DNA from: Candidatus Dojkabacteria bacterium
GTDB lineage: Bacteria > Patescibacteriota > Dojkabacteria > B142 > JAFGMG01
DNA: 64,000 nucleotides
Reading direction: 5' to 3'
Assembly (NCBI GenBank): GCA_016927655.1
Contig: JAFGMG010000001.1
Coordinates: 115,599-179,598 of the forward strand
This document shows positions 8,982 through 18,363 of this stretch, in pieces; within the stretch, counting starts at the first letter, position 1, and every line of letters starts with the position of its first letter. The position numbers and the translations under genes are program-made. The notes below the pieces were generated by a model, which saw nothing but the letters and a program-made list of their open reading frames with translations, was not told the origin of the DNA and did no database searches.

Positions 8982-9239
8982 ATGTTTGCAGTTTATATAC
9001 TAAAAAGTGAAAAATTTGACCGATATTATATTGGGAGTACAGGAAATATCAAAGATCGTCTGAGAAGGCATAACGAAGGGAGAGAAAAATATACAAAGAA
9101 ATATGCACCTTGGGAACTAAAATATAAAAAATATTTTAATACAAGATCAGAAGCAGTACGATTTGAGAATCATATAAAGGAACAGAAGGATAGAAGTTAC
9201 ATTGAAAACTTAATCTTAGAAGAGAAAGCGGGGTTGTAG
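8982..9239 (+). CDS. Short GIY-YIG nuclease (SLX1/UPF0213-like)
   Basis: VYIL...YYIGST...RLRRHN.G...YTK...PW...EA...E..IK; the stop TAG lies inside the following tRNA-Asp. Confidence 0.92.
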   Translation: MFAVYILKSEKFDRYYIGSTGNIKDRLRRHNEGREKYTKKYAPWELKYKKYFNTRSEAVRFENHIKEQKDRSYIENLILEEKAGL

Positions 9240-9303
9240 CTCAATTGGTTAGAGCACTCGCCTGTCACGCGAGAGGTCGCGAGTTCGAATCTCGTCAGCC
9301 CCG
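9230..9303 (+). tRNA. tRNA-Asp(GTC)
   Basis: Acceptor GGGGTTG/CAGCCCC, discriminator G; anticodon arm CTCGC-CT GTC AC-GCGAG; T-arm GCGAG TTCGAAT CTCGT. Confidence 0.96.
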
Positions 9304-9560
9304 CTTTCTCTTTTCATTATTCCCATTTCAATTGATTAAAGCATCCCGGTCTTACCGGGAAGGTCGCGAGTCCCGGTAAATCCATAGATTTACCGAGGAT
9401 CCTCGATTTTGTAACCAAAATAAAATTTTGGATAAAATCGGGATTCGAATCTCGTCAGCCCCGCTTTCTCTTTTCATTATTCCCATTTCAATTAATTAGA
9501 GCATCCCGGTCTTACCGGGAAGGTCGCGAGTCCCGCTAAATCCATAGATTTACCGAGGAT
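9284..9560 (+). repeat. Tandem direct repeat (period 160) of tRNA-Asp-derived units
   Basis: 9284-9400 vs 9444-9560 match at 114/117 nt (differences at 9334/9494, 9339/9499, 9376/9536). Confidence 0.93.
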
Positions 9561-9623
9561 GCCCGAATGGGTGCCCCGCCACTTATTATCGACTCCCATA
9601 TTCCTTCCTGCTAAAATACCCAC

Positions 9624-10346
9624 ATGGAACTTAAAATCTTTAGTCTAAATTGCTGGCTCTTGCCGCCGCCCTTTTCGATAAACAACCAAAAAAGACTGAA
9701 CAATATTGTTTCAACAATCAAAGTATGCCGCCCGGATATAATCGCTTTACAAGAAATCTGGCTTAATAGATATATCAAAGAAATTGAAGAGCGATTGCAG
9801 GGATATTCCTTTGTAAAATCCAATTCAAGTATTATTAATAAAAGCGGCCTTCTAACAGGTATTAGAAAAGAAGCTGCAGATTTCGAAGTTAATTATTTCC
9901 CGCAGCATTCAGAATATGGACTGTTTGAGAAGATAGCCCGCAAAGGCTATCATACAATCAAATTAAATGAAGATCTATCATTTATCAATACCCATCTATA
10001 CTGCTCAAGAGCTATGACCGGCGAACTTATAAAAAAGACTCAATTCAAATTCCTCCAAAAATTATTCCCCACTCAAAAAGTAATCCTTGGAGGAGATTTA
10101 AATATTAATGAAAAATTACTTGCGAAATTAAATACAAGATTTGTATATGACAAATCACAAGGATCGACAGTTTCTTATACAAACGCTCTAACTAGAGCGA
10201 GATTCAATAGATTTGGCGTTCCAGATCATAAAGTTGATTATATTCTCATCTCAAAGGATACCGGCGCATCAATAACAACCAGGTATATCAAAAACCCAAT
10301 CGTATCAGATCATTACATGCTGCTATCAGATGTTAAAATAACATAA
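9624..10346 (+). CDS. Endonuclease/exonuclease/phosphatase (EEP) family protein
   Basis: SLN, DIIALQE, NTHL, GGDLN, VDYIL, SDH motifs. Confidence 0.9.
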   Translation: MELKIFSLNCWLLPPPFSINNQKRLNNIVSTIKVCRPDIIALQEIWLNRYIKEIEERLQGYSFVKSNSSIINKSGLLTGIRKEAADFEVNYFPQHSEYGLFEKIARKGYHTIKLNEDLSFINTHLYCSRAMTGELIKKTQFKFLQKLFPTQKVILGGDLNINEKLLAKLNTRFVYDKSQGSTVSYTNALTRARFNRFGVPDHKVDYILISKDTGASITTRYIKNPIVSDHYMLLSDVKIT

Positions 10347-11851
10347 TGGAATTCATGAAACGTCACAAAGAAACAATTACAACAGGTCTTATCATCCTTT
10401 TTGGAGCAGGACTTCGACTGGTCAATATCAGTGCACCGGATTTCTGGCGGGACGAGGCCTTTACCCTTCGTGCTGCAACTATGCAGTTTGGAGATATGTG
10501 GAGCTCACTTACGGCTGATACAGCTCCGCCGCTCTTTACTCTAATTTTGCATTACTGGTTGAAAATTGTCCCGTTAACAGAGTTATCGGCCAGAATTCCG
10601 TCATTTATTTTTGGAGTGGCAACGATCTATTTTGCATACCTGCTTGCCAAACAGCTTTTCCCATATAACAGGAAATACATTTATCTAACTGTAATATTAA
10701 CCGCACTCAATCCAGTATTGATTTTCTATTCACAGGAAGCACGCGCATATTCACTACTCTCACTCCTTGCAACCATTTCACTCTATTTGGTTTTCAAAAT
10801 TACCACACAACCTAAAACCAAAACTTTTGTCTGGGTATTATTAAGTATCATAACAATTCTAGGCCTTTACACTCACAACCTGTTTATTTTCATTGCTTTT
10901 GTAAATGGCTTGATAATTTTCGCTTCAAGAGCAAACCTTAAAGATCTCAAACAGACTGCTAAAAGAAATATTCCATTGGCTTTAGCGTATCTTGCAGTAG
11001 GCATAGTATTTCTGCCGTGGTTTCTCGTATTTCTCGAGCAGTCCAAAACTGTCTCACAAGGCGGATTCTGGCTGACCCTTGATCCGGTCAATGACCCAGC
11101 CAAGCTTTTGACTGACACATTCTCAGGCGAGCAGATTTGGATGGAGAGCGAACTATTTCGTAGTGTTCTAAAATATTTCTCAGACATTCTTGCAGGACTA
11201 TTTACAGCAGGCAGTTTTATTATAATTTATAAACAACGACAGAATGATAAATTCAACCAAAAACTCGCGGCATTATTGTTTTGGATATTTGCAAATTTTT
11301 TGATAGTTTATCTCTACAGCTTCAAAACTTCATTTATCTATATCAGATATCTTATTTATCTGATTGTTCCCGCACTCATAATTACAACCATACCTCTTCT
11401 AAATCTCAACCTCAATAAAACTCTGAAATACATTTTCACCGCATTCGTAATTGGAAGTCTTTCCATTTTTTCAGTAATTACACTTAGGAACATTCCAAAT
11501 TCAAAGGCTCCAATGAAAGACCTGATAGCCCAAGTTGAGGTATTAAACAGCGAAGAGAGTTTAATATTGCATTCTCACGCATATACAAATCACGGCTTTA
11601 AGATTTACTCGAATTTGCGAAGTCAGATTTATAACCCGCAAGATAATCTGCCTTATTATGAAGGCCTGGCCGTATTGAGTGAAGATGATTATTTTAGACA
11701 AACTGCGGTGGCTGGCTACAAACAAGTCTTTGTAATCTATCTTTGGGATGAGGATCAGGATTTAGCCGGCGAACTTGAGAAAAATTACAAAAAGTCAGAT
11801 AATTACGACTATTCTGGAAATCTGCATTTAGATATTTGGACATTAAAATAA
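10346..11851 (+). CDS. GT-C glycosyltransferase (PMT/GT39-ArnT-like)
   Basis: Multi-TM; FWRDEA, DTAPPLF, ARIPS, YSQEARAYSL, YTHN. Confidence 0.88.
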   Translation: MEFMKRHKETITTGLIILFGAGLRLVNISAPDFWRDEAFTLRAATMQFGDMWSSLTADTAPPLFTLILHYWLKIVPLTELSARIPSFIFGVATIYFAYLLAKQLFPYNRKYIYLTVILTALNPVLIFYSQEARAYSLLSLLATISLYLVFKITTQPKTKTFVWVLLSIITILGLYTHNLFIFIAFVNGLIIFASRANLKDLKQTAKRNIPLALAYLAVGIVFLPWFLVFLEQSKTVSQGGFWLTLDPVNDPAKLLTDTFSGEQIWMESELFRSVLKYFSDILAGLFTAGSFIIIYKQRQNDKFNQKLAALLFWIFANFLIVYLYSFKTSFIYIRYLIYLIVPALIITTIPLLNLNLNKTLKYIFTAFVIGSLSIFSVITLRNIPNSKAPMKDLIAQVEVLNSEESLILHSHAYTNHGFKIYSNLRSQIYNPQDNLPYYEGLAVLSEDDYFRQTAVAGYKQVFVIYLWDEDQDLAGELEKNYKKSDNYDYSGNLHLDIWTLK

Positions 11852-11855
11852 CTTC

Positions 11856-12587
11856 ATGAAAAAAACAACTCTAGTCATTCCAACTTTCAACGAAAAAGAA
11901 AATATCGGACCCCTTCTAGAAAGAATTCAAAAAGTCTCGAATGAGAGTCTCAAAGATTTAACTGAACTGAGCATACTTTTCGTCGACGACAGTTCTCCTG
12001 ATGGTACTCAGGATGAAATCCGCCGGGAAGCAGAAAAATACACAAGAGATTTTGAAATTGATATTTTATCTCGAGAAGAAAAAACCGGACTTGGGACCGC
12101 CTATATAGCCGGCTTCAAAAAAGCTATTGCGAGAGGCGCAGATTATATCGTTCAAATGGATGGCGACTTATCTCATGAGCCAGAAGTGGTATCTGAAATG
12201 ATCAAAGCCCTCAAGACGCATGATTTTGTAATAGGTTCAAGATACATCAAAGGCGGTCAGCTTCCAAAATGGAGCTTTGTTAGAAAGATGATCAGCAAAG
12301 GCGGAAATCTGTATTCAAGAATTATCCTTGGGTTTAATGTGCGGGACTATACGGGCGGGTTTAACGGTTATCAAAGAAAGGTTTTAGAGACAATCAAGCT
12401 GGATGAAATAAAGAGCAATGGCTATGCTTTTCAAATTGAAATGAAGTACCGGGCAAAAAAAGCAGGATTTAAATTCCTGGAAATTCCAATTCACTTTAGA
12501 GACCGGACACACGGGAGCTCAAAGTTCTCAAGGAATATTTTTATCGAAGCACTTATAAATACTCTGCGACTGAAATTTACAATTTGA
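11856..12587 (+). CDS. Polyprenol-monophosphomannose synthase (GT2, Dpm1/Ppm1-like)
   Basis: IPTFNEKEN, VDDSSPDGT, GLGTAYIAGF, QMDGDLSH, GSRY, DYTGGF. Confidence 0.92.
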   Translation: MKKTTLVIPTFNEKENIGPLLERIQKVSNESLKDLTELSILFVDDSSPDGTQDEIRREAEKYTRDFEIDILSREEKTGLGTAYIAGFKKAIARGADYIVQMDGDLSHEPEVVSEMIKALKTHDFVIGSRYIKGGQLPKWSFVRKMISKGGNLYSRIILGFNVRDYTGGFNGYQRKVLETIKLDEIKSNGYAFQIEMKYRAKKAGFKFLEIPIHFRDRTHGSSKFSRNIFIEALINTLRLKFTI

Positions 12588-12596
12588 AAAAAATTT

Positions 12597-14315
12597 TCAA
12601 GCTTTCTTTTTAGTCAGATAGTATTCCAGATGTCTTCCGAATAACAGTCTAGTATGAGCCTCAAGACCGGGGACCGAGGTTAGGAGCAATCCGACAACCG
12701 GATTTATGAACCATTCAAAAGGAATTGTCAGCCTGCGAAGCAAACTAACTCCATCACGCTTTGGCCTAATTAGACTGTCAAAGATAATTACTATGATCAA
12801 GGCCGCCAGTGTAAACTGGAGAATCGTCGAAGAAACGTTGCTAAGCCTCGCGCCAAAAACTGTGTTAGCAAAACGCGGATTGAGAGCAGGCGGCAGGTTG
12901 GCCCCAAGAAGCAGCAAAAAGGATGAGGTCGGAGCCATAACATGATCAACAAGAACATGAATTCCTCGATAATATACCACCCAATTTAATTTCCCAACTC
13001 CAAAAATCATATTTTTCAATACCCAGCCATCATCCGAAACACCCCACTGCCATCTGCGGGATTGGTAGTAATTGTTTTTAAATGTATCCCAGGGGTTATC
13101 ACCTTCAGCAGCATCTACAAGAATTCTTGTCAGCAGCGGAATAGCGGATACTTTTGATGAAAACTTAAAACTGGCCTTGAAAAAAAGATGGAAATCCTCA
13201 GGTGTGATCCACGGTGTCCAAAATCCGACCTGCTCAACCAGCCAAAACGAAGTTGAGTATGTAGAAAAGGGGATAAATTTATCAGGCCGGACCATCTTGG
13301 CGACATTGTACATACTAGCTAGAGAGTTACGAACTCTTGCTACAAAATCAATCCTCCAGATATTTGCATAAAAAAGAATTACTCCGGTATAGAACTTGAA
13401 ATGTCTGTCCGGCCTGGTCAAATATTGATAGGAAAGAATCGAGAAATAATTCGCCGGGAGCTTCGAATCAGCATCACAGCTTGTGACAGTGGTAAGTTTT
13501 TTGTCCCAGCCGAGTTTATCAATTTCTGCTTTAGCAACCCGCCCCGCAGCAGCCATATTTGAGGATTTCCCGATAATCTCGTTTTTACCGAGCTTGTGAA
13601 CAGAAATCCAAACATTACCAAAATATTTCTCGTATTTATCTTTTAAAATCTTGGATTTTGTATACCCTTCTGGATCTCGCTCTTCCGCTCCAAGTACGAT
13701 ACTTATCTGCCTTGTCGGGAAATCCTGCTTTTTAAGTCTTCTTAAAGTTTCTTCAAGGACGCCTATTGGCTCTTTAGCATGAGGAATCATTATTACATGA
13801 TTTAGATCCTTATAAGAAGGCATTTCCAGACTCCTTAATTCTTTCAGTCTTTCAATTTCTCCCCGGATAAATCTTTTCGTTTTCCCCTTTTCAAGACTGA
13901 ATACAATCTTTTGTACAAAAGCGGGGAATTTTGAGATCGAGCCATAACTTCTATACTTGCCCGAAAGTACCTGCAAGTTTTTAGTTTCATCGAATTTTAC
14001 TTTTTTAATGGTTTCATAGATCTTTTCCAGACCACGAATTGTTTTGTCAATATCTTCCAGCCCCTCAAGTCTTGCCTGCCAGTTAATCTGCTCTGAAGAT
14101 CTCAATTTAAAAACCGACAAAATATACTGGACAGCCCAGGATACAGATCTATATAGGAAGAAAATATTGAAAAGTATCACAAATACTGCAACCGCAACTG
14201 GGATGAAGAAGCTTCCAATCAGTACAAAGAAAATCACTCCCCAGGTAACGAGCGCAGGGACTTTTTCGAAAAATTTATCTAGTAATGTTTTCTTGAATGT
14301 GACTTCTGCTGGCAT
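12597..14315 (-). CDS. Membrane GT2 processive-type glycosyltransferase
   Basis: GKSSN, DAD, EDFH and QSRRW (D,D,D,QxxRW); N- and C-terminal TMs. Confidence 0.85.
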   Translation of the reverse strand: MPAEVTFKKTLLDKFFEKVPALVTWGVIFFVLIGSFFIPVAVAVFVILFNIFFLYRSVSWAVQYILSVFKLRSSEQINWQARLEGLEDIDKTIRGLEKIYETIKKVKFDETKNLQVLSGKYRSYGSISKFPAFVQKIVFSLEKGKTKRFIRGEIERLKELRSLEMPSYKDLNHVIMIPHAKEPIGVLEETLRRLKKQDFPTRQISIVLGAEERDPEGYTKSKILKDKYEKYFGNVWISVHKLGKNEIIGKSSNMAAAGRVAKAEIDKLGWDKKLTTVTSCDADSKLPANYFSILSYQYLTRPDRHFKFYTGVILFYANIWRIDFVARVRNSLASMYNVAKMVRPDKFIPFSTYSTSFWLVEQVGFWTPWITPEDFHLFFKASFKFSSKVSAIPLLTRILVDAAEGDNPWDTFKNNYYQSRRWQWGVSDDGWVLKNMIFGVGKLNWVVYYRGIHVLVDHVMAPTSSFLLLLGANLPPALNPRFANTVFGARLSNVSSTILQFTLAALIIVIIFDSLIRPKRDGVSLLRRLTIPFEWFINPVVGLLLTSVPGLEAHTRLLFGRHLEYYLTKKKA

Positions 14316-14318
14316 GTT

Positions 14319-16277
14319 TTATAGCCTATTTAAAAATATTTTGTATTCTTTCAGTAATTTTTCAGAGTTGTACTGCTTTGATTTCGCTAAATTTATATTA
14401 CAAATATCTTTTAAGTGCTTCTTATTCTCAAGTAACACGTTCACCTGCTTTGCAATCTTTTGGATATCTTCCTCCTTATAAAGATATCCATTGATTCCCT
14501 CTTGTATCAAGTTTATTGTATTTGGAGTTTTTAGACAAATCAGGAGATTCGAAGTGCAAAAAGCCTGTAATATTTTTTGCTGCTCAATTCTGTTATCAAG
14601 ATTTATATAAATTTTTGACGTGTTTAGAGCTTCAGCTGGCTTTGCTTCTATAACACGCTTCTTATATTTAGAGTCCAAATTTTTACTCGAGTTGATTTTT
14701 CTATAAAGCACCTCTTCTACCAGAAACTTGCATCTATTTGAGAAAGTCTCCCTTAGAAGCAAAGCCAGATCGTCTCCTCTGACAGAAGGGCCAACACTAA
14801 TTCCGGTGAACCCCCCAAGTTTCAGCTCACCCACCCCTTCTTCAATATCAAAAAATGCCGGCAGAATTTCTGCTCTACCTCGATATTGATAATCAAACTC
14901 GAATTTATTATTAAAAACTATTTCAAGAATAATTCTATAAAGCAAAGACTTAAACTTCGATCGAATTCCTGCCAGAATTGACTTGCGCTTTGTTTTGAAA
15001 TTTTTCTCCAGACATTCGATCGAAATAAACTTAATATTGCGGCTGAGTAATTTCAATCCGACTAATTTTGCACTCCAGGCTTTTGTAATACCGCCTTGGA
15101 TAAATACGACTCTGTATTTTTGGAAGTCTTTCAATATCTGAAAAAATGACCTTTTCTTTCTCAAATCAAATTGTACGGGTTCAAAATTCACTTTCAAAAT
15201 TTTTCCTAAATCAACCTTCCCCCCAAAGTCCAGTAAAAGGACTTTTTCTTTTGCTCTTGCCTGAATATTTCTCTCAATATTTTCGATAAGCTCTTTATAA
15301 AGTGCATCCGGTTTGAAAAATTTCCGCCTTTTCGCAGCTTTTTGCCGCAGTTGATCTCTTTCTTCTTTTTCTTCCATTAGATGCTTCATCCCTTGTGTAA
15401 TCGAATCGGCGTATTTAGAAGAAACCGCGAAGCCTGCATTCCCAAGGATCTCCTTTGAAACCGCATTATCCGCGCTGATGATGCATGCCCCGGCAAAAAG
15501 CTGCTCAACAAGCGAATATGGGAAATGTTCATAATCTTTCAGATTCACACAAATCTCCGCATTCCTTATCACGACCGGCAGGTCTTTTTCCTCGATAAGT
15601 CCTGCAAAGACGATTTTCCGCTGGAGCTTATATTTTGTGACAAGCTCGATAATTTCTCGTGCTCTTTTCGATTGACCAAGAGGCTTGTTATCCCAGCCGA
15701 CTTTGATTTCAGGGCTCGCCAGAAGCAGCTTGCAGTCCGGGAATTTATGATGGATCTGGGCAAAAGCTTCAATCAGACTTGAAACATTTGAGCCTTCATA
15801 TAAATGCGAATAGAAAAAAATAAATGGTTTATTTACTCTGTAAATAGTCAATATTCTTCTAATATTTCTTTCGTCATCGCTGATATTTTTTAGATCGAAA
15901 CACTCATCTGTTTTGTCATGAACAACAATGATTTTATCTTTTTCAATTCCATACTTATTAGAAAGCTGAAGTTTCTTAAATCCTGTTTTTACTATTATTT
16001 GATCGAAGTTTTTGAGATTTTTTACTGTTGCCCGTCCAGGAATAACGTTATCAGCAAGCACAAAATATTTTGCGGTCCTGACTTTCAAACCGCCGTATTT
16101 GAGATTAAAACTGATAAAACAATCAGCTTTGATCTCCTGATCCAATGCCTTTTTAATCCTAGGACTCCGGATCTCAAAAACATCCATACCGGAGTTTTCC
16201 AATGCATGGCAAAGATCTTTTCTAAAAAAATCTTCTCTCCCATCTAATTTGCTCAAAAAATCAACTGCAATTTTCAT
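14319..16277 (-). CDS. GT4 (GT-B) glycosyltransferase with a second, degenerate GT-B module
   Basis: EHFPYSLVE (EX7E) in the first half; LIQEGINGYL in the second. Confidence 0.72.
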   Translation of the reverse strand: MKIAVDFLSKLDGREDFFRKDLCHALENSGMDVFEIRSPRIKKALDQEIKADCFISFNLKYGGLKVRTAKYFVLADNVIPGRATVKNLKNFDQIIVKTGFKKLQLSNKYGIEKDKIIVVHDKTDECFDLKNISDDERNIRRILTIYRVNKPFIFFYSHLYEGSNVSSLIEAFAQIHHKFPDCKLLLASPEIKVGWDNKPLGQSKRAREIIELVTKYKLQRKIVFAGLIEEKDLPVVIRNAEICVNLKDYEHFPYSLVEQLFAGACIISADNAVSKEILGNAGFAVSSKYADSITQGMKHLMEEKEERDQLRQKAAKRRKFFKPDALYKELIENIERNIQARAKEKVLLLDFGGKVDLGKILKVNFEPVQFDLRKKRSFFQILKDFQKYRVVFIQGGITKAWSAKLVGLKLLSRNIKFISIECLEKNFKTKRKSILAGIRSKFKSLLYRIILEIVFNNKFEFDYQYRGRAEILPAFFDIEEGVGELKLGGFTGISVGPSVRGDDLALLLRETFSNRCKFLVEEVLYRKINSSKNLDSKYKKRVIEAKPAEALNTSKIYINLDNRIEQQKILQAFCTSNLLICLKTPNTINLIQEGINGYLYKEEDIQKIAKQVNVLLENKKHLKDICNINLAKSKQYNSEKLLKEYKIFLNRL

Positions 16278-16386
16278 ACCCGTATTTTACATCAATTGAC
16301 AGATAGATTGAAGCAGAACTCTATTTGAAACATATTTCTTCTACTGCTATAATTTCCACATACTTAAGTTTAGATATCCTGCAACT

Positions 16387-17361
16387 ATGTCAAAAAAAGG
16401 AGCCATCACAACGATTATTATCATTCTTTTTCTGCTTTTCATTTTATGTTCTTGCTGCGCAATGTTCTTTGTTGCTACTAGTGCGGTTTCTGATTACGGA
16501 CTCAGCTCTGATATCACCGAGGAAGTGGTTGTGGACGGTTCAGATGGAGATGCGATAGCTCTTATAGATATCCAGGGCATGATTGCATCAAATACAGACG
16601 CCCTAGATAGCGGAAATAAAGACATGGTAGATATTATTATTGAAAAACTAGAGCGGGCAAGAACTACTGAAAAAGTAAAAGCTGTAATAATCAGGCTGGA
16701 TACTCCCGGAGGCACAGTCTACGACAGTCACATAATTGCACAAAAAGTGAAGCAGGTAAAACAGGAAAAACCTGTAATCGCCCTTATGACAACTTCTGCG
16801 ACTTCCGGCGGTTACTATATCTCAGCCCCCTGCGACAAAATCGTTGCATCTGAAGCAAGTTTAACAGGCAGTATTGGAGTGATAACACAAATCACAGACC
16901 TCGACGGACTTTATGAAAAACTTGGAATTGATGTCTATTCCGTCACAAACACCCAGGGAGATGTAAAATCCATGGAGAATCTTTCTGATCCAAACAGCGA
17001 AGATCGAGCAGTACTAGAGCAGGTCCTTGATGACTATTATGAAGGCTTCGTAAATGAAGTAGTAAATGGGAGAGATATGACAAGAGAAGAAGTACTGGCT
17101 ATTGCAGATGGAAGCATCTTCAGCGGAACCAGGGCAAAGGAGCTTGGACTTGTAGATGAATTAGGAGGAGTTGATAAAGCGATCGAGATTGCCGAAATAG
17201 AAGCCGGCATAAGCGATGCAAAAGTAATTGAATACAATACATACATAGATCCATTTTCAAATTTCTCATTACTTATGGCAAATAAAATCAATCCTTTGAA
17301 AGTCTATACTGATAAAATCAGCGCTGATCCTGGGATGTATTCGTATTATTTGCCAAAGTAG
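16387..17361 (+). CDS. sppA: Signal peptide peptidase SppA (S49)
   Basis: DTPGG, ATSGGYYIS, TGSIGVI, ADGSIFSGTRAKELGLVDELGG. Confidence 0.93.
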   Translation: MSKKGAITTIIIILFLLFILCSCCAMFFVATSAVSDYGLSSDITEEVVVDGSDGDAIALIDIQGMIASNTDALDSGNKDMVDIIIEKLERARTTEKVKAVIIRLDTPGGTVYDSHIIAQKVKQVKQEKPVIALMTTSATSGGYYISAPCDKIVASEASLTGSIGVITQITDLDGLYEKLGIDVYSVTNTQGDVKSMENLSDPNSEDRAVLEQVLDDYYEGFVNEVVNGRDMTREEVLAIADGSIFSGTRAKELGLVDELGGVDKAIEIAEIEAGISDAKVIEYNTYIDPFSNFSLLMANKINPLKVYTDKISADPGMYSYYLPK

Positions 17362-17975
17362 TGAAAGTTACCAGAATTTATCGAGGGAAAAAGTCGAACC
17401 GGATAAATATTGATATCGAGGAAGAGTTCGGATTTTCAGTTGAAGAAGATACTTTGATAAAATTTGATCTTTATGTCGGTAGAGAAATTAATGAAAGTTT
17501 TGTCAAAGAGATAGAAGAGTTTGACAGATCTGAATATCTTTTTAATAAAGCTGTAGGGTATATCGCCAGAAGACCTAGAAGTGAGAAAGAAATCTGCGAA
17601 TATCTGGAAGAAAAAAGCACAAAAAGATTTGGAGAAATAAATGCTGGAAGCATTGCAAAGGCTATAGACAAACTAAAAGGGCGGGAATATTTGAGCGATG
17701 CAGAATTTACAGCTTGGTTTGCAGAAACGAGAATAAATCAGCGGAAATATTCCGCTTTTCAAATAAGAAGTGAGCTGGCATTGAAGTTTGGGATTGATAA
17801 GGAACTGATAGGAAACATTCTAGCAAAGCAGAACATCGAGGAAAAAGAAAGAGATGCGATTGAAAGCCTGATAAGCAAAAAGCTAGGTCGTTACAAATCA
17901 AAAGAAAAAATGGCTCAGTATTTGAAAAATAAAGGTTTTGACTGGGACAATATTAAAACTGCACTAAATATTTAA
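17361..17975 (+). CDS. recX: Regulatory protein RecX
   Basis: RRPRSEKEI, YLSDAEF, YLKNKGF. Confidence 0.88.
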   Translation: MKVTRIYRGKKSNRINIDIEEEFGFSVEEDTLIKFDLYVGREINESFVKEIEEFDRSEYLFNKAVGYIARRPRSEKEICEYLEEKSTKRFGEINAGSIAKAIDKLKGREYLSDAEFTAWFAETRINQRKYSAFQIRSELALKFGIDKELIGNILAKQNIEEKERDAIESLISKKLGRYKSKEKMAQYLKNKGFDWDNIKTALNI

Positions 17976-17991
17976 TTATTAGTTTAATACA

Positions 17992-18306
17992 ATGAAAATG
18001 CTCGCAGATACAATCAAGAAAGCCAGAGAAGAAGCAAAATTATCTCAACTTCAAGTTGGAGTAGCTCTTGGTGTATCCGATAAAACTATTTCGGGTTATG
18101 AAGCAGGACGTATCAGCCCGCCGATTGATAAACTTCAAAAACTTGCCGAACTACTCAAAAAGCCGATCGGTTACTTCGTTGGTGTTGATCAGCGGGAATA
18201 CAAAGTTGCAGCAAGATTAAGAGGTGTGGAAATAATGCTTAGAGATATCAGACGGGAACTTCGAGAAATCAAAGCTCTTGCGCAAAGCACAAATTTGGAT
18301 GTTTAG
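17992..18306 (+). CDS. XRE-family HTH regulator
   Basis: IKKAREEAKLSQ...LGVSDKTISGYEAGRISPP; coiled-coil C-terminus. Confidence 0.9.
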   Translation: MKMLADTIKKAREEAKLSQLQVGVALGVSDKTISGYEAGRISPPIDKLQKLAELLKKPIGYFVGVDQREYKVAARLRGVEIMLRDIRRELREIKALAQSTNLDV

Positions 18307-18363
18307 CAGTTTTGTAGTAAAATCAAGCCGTTTTAGAATATTTTTTGGTTTAATTATTGACTC

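Noticed and set aside
8913-9303. Group I intron with homing endonuclease in tRNA-Asp
   Set aside because: Only 13 nt separate the fragment from the ORF, leaving no room for a ribozyme core, and a complete tRNA follows rather than a 3' exon.
8913-9560. Mimics as functional tRNA-Lys(CTT) genes
   Set aside because: The first lacks the 3' half. The others lack the 5' acceptor strand and have interrupted T-loops. A normal tRNA-Lys(CTT) exists at 7348.
9284-9581. CRISPR array
   Set aside because: Units are 117-nt tRNA-derived repeats, not 25-45-nt repeats with unique spacers, and there are no cas genes in the window.
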